From: Elusimicrobiota bacterium
Lineage (GTDB): Bacteria > Elusimicrobiota > Elusimicrobia > Elusimicrobiales > UBA9959
Assembly: GCA_036574205.1 (NCBI GenBank)
Contig: JAINCQ010000003.1
Span: 1 to 53,190, forward strand
Direction: 5' to 3'
DNA length: 53,190 nucleotides
Position 1 is the first letter of the stretch, and every line of letters begins with the position of its first letter. The position numbers and the translations under genes are program-made. Positions 45,276 through 53,190 of this stretch are shown here, one piece after another. Below the pieces are notes generated by a model that was not told the origin of the DNA, did no database searches, and was given only the letters and a program-made list of their open reading frames with translations.

Positions 45276-47255
45276 ATGAATCCTGTTTTTAATTATTCAA
45301 AAGAATATCTTAAGGAAGTAGTCGATAAATCAATAGCCAAATTTGAAGAGAAAATCAAAATGATAGTAGGTTTAAAAGAAAGTGAAAGAAATTTTAAAAA
45401 TACAGTAGTAGCTTTTGAAAATGCTTTAGCTGATTTTTCTCAAGAAGTCAATATACCAGTATTTCTTGCTTACGTTTCACCAGATCCAGAGATAAGAAAC
45501 ATTGCTCAAGAGGTTGAGTTAAAGATCAGTCAGTATTCTGTTGAAATATTCACAAGAGAAGATATATTTAATGCCATATATAGTTATTCAAAAAATATAA
45601 AAGAAACTCTTAATGAAACAGATAGAAGGTTACTTGACAAATTCCTTTTTGAATTCAAACAAAATGGTCTTTTTGGCGATGAAAAAACGAGGAAGAAAAT
45701 AAAGAAATTATTGAAAAAACTAGTTGAGATTGAGATTGAGTTTCAGAAAAATTTAAGGGAAACAAGGGATTTTATAGAGGTTGATGAAAATGAATTAAAA
45801 GGGCTTGGAGAGAATTTTATAAGCAGACTTAAAAAATCCGAGAGTGGTAAATATATAATCACAACTGATTATCCAGAATATATTCCTTTTATGGAAAATG
45901 CTGAAGATGATGATGCAAGGAAGAGACTTGAAATAGTGTTCAATAATAGATGTTATCCCAAAAATGTAGAGCTAATGGAAGAGGCTATAAAACTAAGGCA
46001 GAAAATAGCAAAGGCTCTTGGCTATCCAAGTTTTGCTGATTATATCCTTGAGGATAGAATGGCAAAAAACTCAAGCAATGTTTTTGATTTTTTGAACAAG
46101 GTGTATGCCGAAGTTAAGAAGAAAGGTAAAAAAGATTTAAGGATGTTATGTAAAATAAGAAAACAGAAAACCGGAGTTGACAATAAAATTATTTATAACT
46201 GGCAGTGGAGATATTATTCAAATATTCTTAAAAAAGAAAAATATCAGATAGATCATGAGAAGGTAAGCGAATATTTCCCGCTTGAAAGGGTTATTACTGG
46301 AATGTTTAATATATTTGAAAAAGTTTTTTCAGTGAAGTTTGAACCTAAAGAGATGGATAAATGGCATAAGGATGTGAGGACCTATGAGGTTAAGGATTTA
46401 GGTGGAAATATCATTGCATATTTTTATTTTGATCTTTTCCCGCGCGATGGAAAATACAAGCATGCGGCATGTTTTAGCCTTGTAAAAGGAAGAGAACTTG
46501 ATGATGGAAAGTATCTTACTCCGGCCTCTGCCATAGTTGCTAACTTTACTCCTCCTTCTTCAGACAGACCTTCGCTTTTGAAATTTAGCGAGGTTGTAAC
46601 CCTATTTCATGAATTTGGACATGTTACCCATAATATATTCACACGGTCTAAATATGCAAAATTTTCTGGGACATCTGTTTCAAGAGATTTTGTGGAAGTT
46701 CCATCGCAGATGCTTGAGAATTGGGGATATTATGGTGAGGTCATTAAAGCCATATCTTCGCATTATAGGACCAACGAACCACTTGATGATTCAACAATTC
46801 AAAAGATTATAAGATCAAAAAACGCGACAAGTGGAATTTTTTATTTAAGACAATTATTTTTTGCATTTCTTGATATGATCTATCATACCAGAAAAGGAAA
46901 GGTTGATACTACTAAAATATATGAAAAACTTATGAAAAAAATATTTTTAATCCCTATGACTGAAGGGACTCATCCTCAAGCCAGTTTTGGTCATCTTATG
47001 GGTGGTTATGAATCTGGATATTACAGTTATTTGTGGTCTGAAGTGATATCATGCGATTTCTTTGAAGAATTTAAGAAAAATGGGATATTTAATGCCGAAA
47101 CAGGAAAAAGGTATATAGATTTTGTTCTTTCAAAAGGTGGATCAATTGATGAAGAGAAACTTGTGAAAAATTTTCTTGGAAGAGATATATCCTTTGAACC
47201 ATTCCTTACTCATATAGGAGTTAGGGAAGAAAGCAGGATAAAAAATAACATATGA
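45276..47255 (+). CDS. M3 family metallopeptidase (thimet oligopeptidase-like)
   Basis: DLFPRDGKYKHAA, FHEFGH, DFVEVPSQMLENW and GYYSYLWSEV motifs. Confidence 0.94.
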   Translation: MNPVFNYSKEYLKEVVDKSIAKFEEKIKMIVGLKESERNFKNTVVAFENALADFSQEVNIPVFLAYVSPDPEIRNIAQEVELKISQYSVEIFTREDIFNAIYSYSKNIKETLNETDRRLLDKFLFEFKQNGLFGDEKTRKKIKKLLKKLVEIEIEFQKNLRETRDFIEVDENELKGLGENFISRLKKSESGKYIITTDYPEYIPFMENAEDDDARKRLEIVFNNRCYPKNVELMEEAIKLRQKIAKALGYPSFADYILEDRMAKNSSNVFDFLNKVYAEVKKKGKKDLRMLCKIRKQKTGVDNKIIYNWQWRYYSNILKKEKYQIDHEKVSEYFPLERVITGMFNIFEKVFSVKFEPKEMDKWHKDVRTYEVKDLGGNIIAYFYFDLFPRDGKYKHAACFSLVKGRELDDGKYLTPASAIVANFTPPSSDRPSLLKFSEVVTLFHEFGHVTHNIFTRSKYAKFSGTSVSRDFVEVPSQMLENWGYYGEVIKAISSHYRTNEPLDDSTIQKIIRSKNATSGIFYLRQLFFAFLDMIYHTRKGKVDTTKIYEKLMKKIFLIPMTEGTHPQASFGHLMGGYESGYYSYLWSEVISCDFFEEFKKNGIFNAETGKRYIDFVLSKGGSIDEEKLVKNFLGRDISFEPFLTHIGVREESRIKNNI

Positions 47256-48688
47256 GATATGAAGAAGATCTTAAAAATCTATTTGAGGCTACATTTAACG
47301 AGAAGGTTGTAAAATATGATTACATAAACTCTGATGGTTCTGCCAGAAAGATTTTGAGACTTTTCTCAAATAATAGAACTGTTGTTGGAGTATGGGGTCC
47401 AGATAAAAAAGAAAACCTTGCGTTTGTTAAATTTTCTTATTTTTTTAAGAATAATAATCTACCTGTGCCTGAAATCTATGCTTTTGATGAGAAAAAACAG
47501 ATATATCTTGAAACTGATTTAGGCGATAAAACTCTGTTTAGTTTTTTAAGGGAGAAAAGAAACTCAGCTGAGTTTCCATTGGAGGTTAAAGAGTTATATA
47601 AAAAAGCTCTTAAATATCTGGCGCTTTTTCAGGTAAATGCCTTTGTAAATTTTGATTTTAGTTTTTGTTATCCGAGAAAAGAGTTTGATGAACAATCGAT
47701 GATGTGGGACCTTAATTATTTTAAATACTACTTTCTCAAATTAGGTGGTATATCTTTTGATGAGCAGAAACTTGAAGATGATTATAAAAATCTTGTTAAT
47801 TTTATGAAAGATGCGCCAAGGAACTTTTTTCTTTATAGGGATTTTCAATCTAGAAATATAATGGTTAAAGATGGGAATCTATTTTTTATAGATTATCAAG
47901 GTGGAAGAAAAGGATTTCTTGCTTATGATGTTGCTTCACTGCTTTATGATGCTAAAGCAGAAATACCACCTAAAACAAGAAATGAGCTTCTTGAATACTA
48001 TCTTAATATAGATTGTATAAAGAAAGTGGTTGATAGATCTGTTTTTTTAAAATATTATTACTCATTTGTATACATCAGGCTTATGCAGGCTATGGGTGCT
48101 TATGGATTAAGAGGTTTTTATGAAAGAAAGCCCCATTTTCTGACAAGTGTGCCTTATGTTATTAAAAATATTGAGTGGCTTGTGTCAAATGTAGAACTTG
48201 AAATTAAACTGCCTGAGCTTATTAAGGTTCTTAAAAGAATAACCACATCAAGTTATCTAAGACAATTTGCTGATAAAAAAATGGGATTAAATCTTAGAAT
48301 CTATAGCTTTTCATACAAGGATGGATTCCCAAAAGATAATCAGGGACACAACGGTGGATTTGTGTTTGATGCAAGATGCCTATCAAACCCGGGAAGGGAT
48401 CCTTATTATGTGGATATGACTGGTAAGGATAGAGATGTTATTTTATTTTTCGAAAAAAACGAGGGGGTACAAAAATATTTTAAAAACTGCTTATCATTGG
48501 TAAATCAGGCTGTTGATAATTATCTATCAAGAAACTTTACAGAATTATATGTTGCTTTTGGTTGTACTGGCGGAAGACATCGCTCGGTTTATCTGGCTGA
48601 AAAACTTTATCAGGAATTTTCACACAGAGAAAATGTTAGATGTCATTTACGGCATTTAACCCTTGAAAGCGAAAAAACACTAAAATGA
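47252..48688 (+). CDS. AmgK-like anomeric sugar phosphotransferase fused to a RapZ C-terminal domain
   Basis: GSARK, YRDFQSRNIM and IDYQG (APH/AmgK kinase), then SFSYK.G.P...GGFVFDARCLSNP...FGCTGGRHRSVY (RapZ-C). Confidence 0.85.
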   Translation: MRYEEDLKNLFEATFNEKVVKYDYINSDGSARKILRLFSNNRTVVGVWGPDKKENLAFVKFSYFFKNNNLPVPEIYAFDEKKQIYLETDLGDKTLFSFLREKRNSAEFPLEVKELYKKALKYLALFQVNAFVNFDFSFCYPRKEFDEQSMMWDLNYFKYYFLKLGGISFDEQKLEDDYKNLVNFMKDAPRNFFLYRDFQSRNIMVKDGNLFFIDYQGGRKGFLAYDVASLLYDAKAEIPPKTRNELLEYYLNIDCIKKVVDRSVFLKYYYSFVYIRLMQAMGAYGLRGFYERKPHFLTSVPYVIKNIEWLVSNVELEIKLPELIKVLKRITTSSYLRQFADKKMGLNLRIYSFSYKDGFPKDNQGHNGGFVFDARCLSNPGRDPYYVDMTGKDRDVILFFEKNEGVQKYFKNCLSLVNQAVDNYLSRNFTELYVAFGCTGGRHRSVYLAEKLYQEFSHRENVRCHLRHLTLESEKTLK

Positions 48689-49389
48689 AATCTCTTATAC
48701 TTTGCGCAGGATATGGCACAAGACTAAGACCTCTGACTTATAAAATCCCAAAACCACTTGTAAGCGTATGGGGATATCCTATTATAGAACAAATAATAAG
48801 GAAGATTAACAAATATGGGATAAGTGAGTTTGCGATAAACCTTCATCATTTAGGTGATAAAATAGAGAGATTTTTAGTACATAAAAGACTTCCAATCTCA
48901 TTTCATTTTTTATATGAAAATCCAATACTTGACACTGGCGGTGCTGTAAAAAATGCCAGAGATGTACTTTCAAAAACCGATTTTATAATTCATAATGGAG
49001 ACATACTAACTGACTTTGACCTTGATAGGATGATGGATTTTCATCTTAAAGAAAAAAACGATATAACACTTGCCGTTATGGAAAGAAATGGTTCAAGAAA
49101 GCTTGCTTTTGAAGATGATATGCGGTTATGCGGGTGGACAAATTTAGAAAAACAAATTTTCGCTGGTGAAGTTACCGGGAAAAAATTATTTTCTTTTGCT
49201 GGTGTTCATATTGTTTCTCCTAAAATCTTTAAATATATGCCAGATGAGGATATTTTTGGTATTTTTGATTTTTATATTAAAAACATAAATAACCTTAAAA
49301 TACAAGGATATCCTATAAATGTAAAATACTGGTTTGATATCGGTAGTAGGGATAAATTATTAGAGATAAGAAAGAGAGTAATTGAATAA
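48685..49389 (+). CDS. MurU-like NDP-sugar pyrophosphorylase
   Basis: ILCAGYGTRLRPLT..PKPL, LDTGGA, NGDI and WFDIG motifs; coupled to the amgK-like gene. Confidence 0.88.
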   Translation: MKSLILCAGYGTRLRPLTYKIPKPLVSVWGYPIIEQIIRKINKYGISEFAINLHHLGDKIERFLVHKRLPISFHFLYENPILDTGGAVKNARDVLSKTDFIIHNGDILTDFDLDRMMDFHLKEKNDITLAVMERNGSRKLAFEDDMRLCGWTNLEKQIFAGEVTGKKLFSFAGVHIVSPKIFKYMPDEDIFGIFDFYIKNINNLKIQGYPINVKYWFDIGSRDKLLEIRKRVIE

Positions 49390-49826
49390 TAAAAACAGAA
49401 ATTTACTTGATGTGCGAGAAAACCTCTTTAACGCTGTTTTCCTATTAGTCTTTGTTAATTTACAATAAATGTGTGATAATTTGCTAATTCTTTTTCTTGC
49501 TGCCTTTCATATATGCTTCTATCGGCACTTGTCAAGAATGTTGTGTCTCATTGTAAAACCTCATATTAAAGAGCTGTAAAAGTTCATATGCTTTGGCTTT
49601 CATTACAGCCGCAGCAGCCTTCCATTTTCCCTTGTTTTAAGTCTATCAATCTGTAGCATTATGTTAATCTCAAGGATATTCTTGAAACTGAAAGTAACCA
49701 GCAGGTCTTTTCCGGATTTGTGCTATTTGGCTGTTAAGATTATCTAATGCATTCTTTGAAGAAATAGTTTTTATTGTAAAAGATTAGTAATGTTTGCAAA
49801 AGATATTTTCATATGTTAGCATCAAG

Positions 49827-50867
49827 TTAATTTTTGCCTGAAAAACGTTTTTTTCTTCCGGCAGATATCGCATCTACTGGATTTTTTTTAGACAACAAAA
49901 GTCTTTTTAACTCAGTTTTTTTAAGCGGCTTAAGTGCATTTTCTGGAAGTTGGGGATAGACTGTTTTGATTACTGAGACAACCGTTTTATCAAGAGGTTT
50001 TTGTGGAGATTTTTTTTCTATAAGAGGAATAACTGCTGAACGCGCAATGTTTTTTATTTGTCTTTCAAAGTTAAAATTTTCAAGAAAATCTATAGATTTA
50101 TTATAAACTGCAGTATAGATTAGCCTCTCTTTGAGTGTTTTAAAGTTTTCTATTTTTACATCATAATTAAAACATATAATATCTTTTCCAACCCCAAGTT
50201 CTTCAAGAATCTTAAGTGCTTTATAACAATAATTTTCCTGAAATATTTTTATAAATTCATTTCTTATCCTTTCTTTTGAAAGCATTGATATATATTTAAT
50301 GGCTTTTTGCGCAGCTTTTAAAGTATTTTTTTCTATACTCCAGCCAAATCTTGCTGAAAACCTTGCTGCTCTGAAAATTCTTGTTGGATCGTCCTTAAAA
50401 CTATCTTTATGAAGAATCCTTATTATACCTTTTTTAATATCTTCCACTCCATTAAATGGATCTATAACCTCAAATATATCTTTATTTAAGCTTATAGCAA
50501 TAGCATTTATACTGAAATCTCTTCTTGTAAGATCTAATTCTATATTTTTAGTTTTTTTTACCTCAGGAAGTGATGCTGGTTTAGGGTATTTCTCTTCTCT
50601 AAAAGTTGCAAAATCAAATCTTTGATTTTCAGATAAAAGCCTTATTGTCATAAATCGTTTAAATTCATTTATTCTAAAACCAAATTTTTCCGAAAATTTT
50701 CTGGCCAGAATAGCTGGATATTCGTTAAATGTTACATCTATATCAAAGCATTTGGCGCCTAAGATCCAGTCTCTTACGCATCCGCCAACAAGGTAGGCTT
50801 TTAGTTTATGTCGATTTGTCGATATGAACTCTATCTTATCTAAACTGTTTAACGGTTTAATCTTCAT
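49827..50867 (-). CDS. cca: CCA tRNA nucleotidyltransferase
   Basis: VGGCVRD, DID, DLTRRDFSINAIA and FKDDPTRIFRAARF motifs. Confidence 0.9.
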   Translation of the reverse strand: MKIKPLNSLDKIEFISTNRHKLKAYLVGGCVRDWILGAKCFDIDVTFNEYPAILARKFSEKFGFRINEFKRFMTIRLLSENQRFDFATFREEKYPKPASLPEVKKTKNIELDLTRRDFSINAIAISLNKDIFEVIDPFNGVEDIKKGIIRILHKDSFKDDPTRIFRAARFSARFGWSIEKNTLKAAQKAIKYISMLSKERIRNEFIKIFQENYCYKALKILEELGVGKDIICFNYDVKIENFKTLKERLIYTAVYNKSIDFLENFNFERQIKNIARSAVIPLIEKKSPQKPLDKTVVSVIKTVYPQLPENALKPLKKTELKRLLLSKKNPVDAISAGRKKRFSGKN

Positions 50868-51501
50868 CTATAAAGTCTATTTCTTCTTCTTCAATATCTT
50901 CAAGAACTTCTATAAGCCTTTTAATCCGCTTTAAGGTTTTGTTTTCTTTAAGTATTTCTGTTAATACTTCAACAACATCACCTTTATGAAGGCTCTTTAA
51001 ATAAGGCATAACAAAAGGGAGTCCATTTTCTCTGGCAAAATTCCTTTTAATTTTTCTAGTTTTAAGATTCTTTTCTTTAGCTATTGCTTCTATAACCTCG
51101 CTTTCTTCCTCTATATCCCTTTCATTTATTAGTAATTGAGAAAGCTTGTCAATCCCAAAAAAATATATTGGTTCTATACCTTTAAGTCCTTTTTGTGTGG
51201 ATATTTCTCCCTCTAAAGATTGATAATCAGTTTTTAATTTTTTTACTATTTCTTCCTGCGTTTCGTAATATTCTGGCATTACAAAAACAAAGAGTCTGGC
51301 TTTTGGATCAAGATATATAAAGTTGTCTTCATAAGTAAACATTTTCCCGCAGTTGGGGCATATAAGGAGATTGAACTCACCGTTTATTATTAGATCTTTT
51401 AAATCAAGATCTATATCACCCCTTACAACGCTGTAGAATTTTGCTTCAAACTCAGTTAAACAATGAGGGCATTTTACAATTCTATAATTTTCTATTGACA
51501 T
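50857..51501 (-). CDS. CpXC-domain protein
   Basis: CPHC...DLKDLIINGEFN...CPNCG...FIYLDP..RLFVFVMP pattern. Confidence 0.8.
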   Translation of the reverse strand: MSIENYRIVKCPHCLTEFEAKFYSVVRGDIDLDLKDLIINGEFNLLICPNCGKMFTYEDNFIYLDPKARLFVFVMPEYYETQEEIVKKLKTDYQSLEGEISTQKGLKGIEPIYFFGIDKLSQLLINERDIEEESEVIEAIAKEKNLKTRKIKRNFARENGLPFVMPYLKSLHKGDVVEVLTEILKENKTLKRIKRLIEVLEDIEEEEIDFIDED

Positions 51502-52952
51502 TAATATCCCACAAGCCTGTTAAAATTTTCTATAGCCTTATCCCATTCATCAACTTTTGAATACATCTGTTGCCAGAAATCAGGGTCCCATAACTTTCTT
51601 AATTCATCGCTTGTTTTTCCCTGCTGTTCTATCCAGGTAAAGTATTTTAGATTATGTATCGCTTTTCTATCGTAATAATTTAATTCTTTTATATACTCTA
51701 TCCCCTGTCCCATGAGATACTTATGATAATCTCTTATAGCATTTTCCCTTGTATATTTTCCGTATTGTTCTCTTAACTCTTGTATCCTTGATCCATATAA
51801 TTCCATAGAATCTGTCAGGACAGTAAATATAATATCATTTTCATCCATCTCATAGTATTTTGCCGTTTTTATGGCTCCAAGTATGTTTGAAACTCCGGAA
51901 ATCCCTATAAGATTAAGTTTATCAATGACTTCTTTTTTTATTCCGCATTCAGATAGATATCTTTTACCTTCTTCTTCATTAAAAAGTCTTATCAAGGACA
52001 TACACGCCTCATCATCTATGGCTGCAATAGCATCAGTATTTCTAACATTATGTATCCATGGTATGTGTTTATCACCTATTCCTTCTATTCTATGCTCGCC
52101 AAAGCCGTTTAAATAAATAGTTGGGCATTGTAATGCCTCGCATGCTGTGATTTTCATCTCTGGGAATTTAGTTTTAAGATAATCACCACACGCAATAGTC
52201 CCTGCTGAACCAGTAGATGAAACAAATGCTGATAATCTTAATTTTTTGTTTTTTAATTTATTAAACACTTTTTCAACCGCAGATCCTGTTATATGATAAT
52301 GCCACATTGAATTTCCAAATTCTTCAAACTGATTAAATATAACTATATCGTTTCTTGTTTTTCTAAGTTCCCAGCATTTATCGTATATTTCCTTAACGTT
52401 AGACTCTGTTCCGGGGGTTGCTATAATTTCAGATCCAACAGACCTAAGCCACTCAAATCTTTCTTTACTCATCCCCTCGGGTAATATCGCTATTGAGTGA
52501 CATCCTAAAAGAGCAGAATCAAATGCCCCACCGCGACAGTAGTTGCCGGTTGATGGCCATACAGCTTTTTGTCTTGTTGGATCAAACTCTCCACTTACAA
52601 GTCTTGGGACAAGACATCCAAAAGCCGCCCCAACTTTATGTGCCCCTGTCGGGAAAAATTTACCAACCAGAGCAATTATTTTAGCTTTTGTTCCAGTTAT
52701 CTCCTGGGGAATCTCCATAAAATTTACATCTCCAAAACCTCCTGTTTTTGGATTGTTATGCCAGTTTATTCTGTATAGATTTAGTGGATTAATATCCCAA
52801 AGTCCAACCTTTAACAATTCTTTTTTTATTTTATCTGGAATTAAATCTGGATTTTTTAACTGTTTGAATGTTGGTATTCTTATATTTTTTTCCTTGCATC
52901 TTTTTGCTGTTTTTTTGATTATTTCATTTTTTCTGGTTGTAAGGTTCTTCAT
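51501..52952 (-). CDS. PLP-dependent enzyme, fold type II (cysteine synthase/PALP-like)
   Basis: FPTGAHKVGA (PLP Lys), PSTGNY, TGSAGT and HRIEGIG motifs. Confidence 0.88.
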   Translation of the reverse strand: MKNLTTRKNEIIKKTAKRCKEKNIRIPTFKQLKNPDLIPDKIKKELLKVGLWDINPLNLYRINWHNNPKTGGFGDVNFMEIPQEITGTKAKIIALVGKFFPTGAHKVGAAFGCLVPRLVSGEFDPTRQKAVWPSTGNYCRGGAFDSALLGCHSIAILPEGMSKERFEWLRSVGSEIIATPGTESNVKEIYDKCWELRKTRNDIVIFNQFEEFGNSMWHYHITGSAVEKVFNKLKNKKLRLSAFVSSTGSAGTIACGDYLKTKFPEMKITACEALQCPTIYLNGFGEHRIEGIGDKHIPWIHNVRNTDAIAAIDDEACMSLIRLFNEEEGKRYLSECGIKKEVIDKLNLIGISGVSNILGAIKTAKYYEMDENDIIFTVLTDSMELYGSRIQELREQYGKYTRENAIRDYHKYLMGQGIEYIKELNYYDRKAIHNLKYFTWIEQQGKTSDELRKLWDPDFWQQMYSKVDEWDKAIENFNRLVGY

Positions 52953-53190
52953 AAAGTTTCTCCTTTGTGTTAATCAAAACATCAAAATTATAATTTGTTT
53001 TGAATTAACATTAAACTTATTGTATTATATTTTTAAAAATTAGGCAATTTTTTTTGTTTCCTGGGTAATGTCAATAATTTTGTGTAATTTCTCAAAAATT
53101 GGGTATCCTCCATTATATTCAAATTATTGCCATATTTTTTATTCATTCTATAAAATATTGCATATATTATCCTTTCTAAACTATCCCTAT

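Noticed and set aside
1..53190. CRISPR array, tRNA/rRNA genes, prophage, integron attC array, alternative genetic code
   Set aside because: No spaced repeat arrays, cloverleaf or rRNA signatures, or phage structural genes were seen; conserved genes are full length under the standard bacterial code with TAA, TAG and TGA all used as stops.

Overview
This is a low-GC bacterial chromosome segment from a diderm organism (lptFG, kdsC, mlaDEF). Gene content and the style of the hypothetical secreted and coiled-coil proteins suggest Elusimicrobiota; that is an inference and was not tested. Most of the window is housekeeping: TPP riboswitch-thiC-thiD, an intein-containing class II ribonucleotide reductase, dut-kdsC-ccdA-pyrF-pyrE, pruA, radA-mlaDFE-alr-dnaB-rplI-rpsR-ssb-rpsF, an M3 peptidase-amgK/rapZ-C-murU operon, and cca. 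The most notable items are: (1) a 1760-aa SprA/Sov-like outer-membrane translocon plus a PorV/FadL-like barrel fused to a coiled coil and LysM, i.e. T9SS-like parts outside the usual Bacteroidota context; (2) a ~1 kb islet flanked by a perfect 23-bp direct repeat that duplicates the sprA stop codon and an extended -10 promoter, carrying a symmetric 6-Cys hairpin peptide, a small immunity-like gene and a transposase remnant; (3) two tandem paralogous secreted proteins that share an upstream palindromic motif with another secreted-protein gene; (4) two ORF-less candidate small RNAs with strong, similar sigma70 promoters; (5) recurrent leaderless gene starts. No rRNA, tRNA or CRISPR array was seen.
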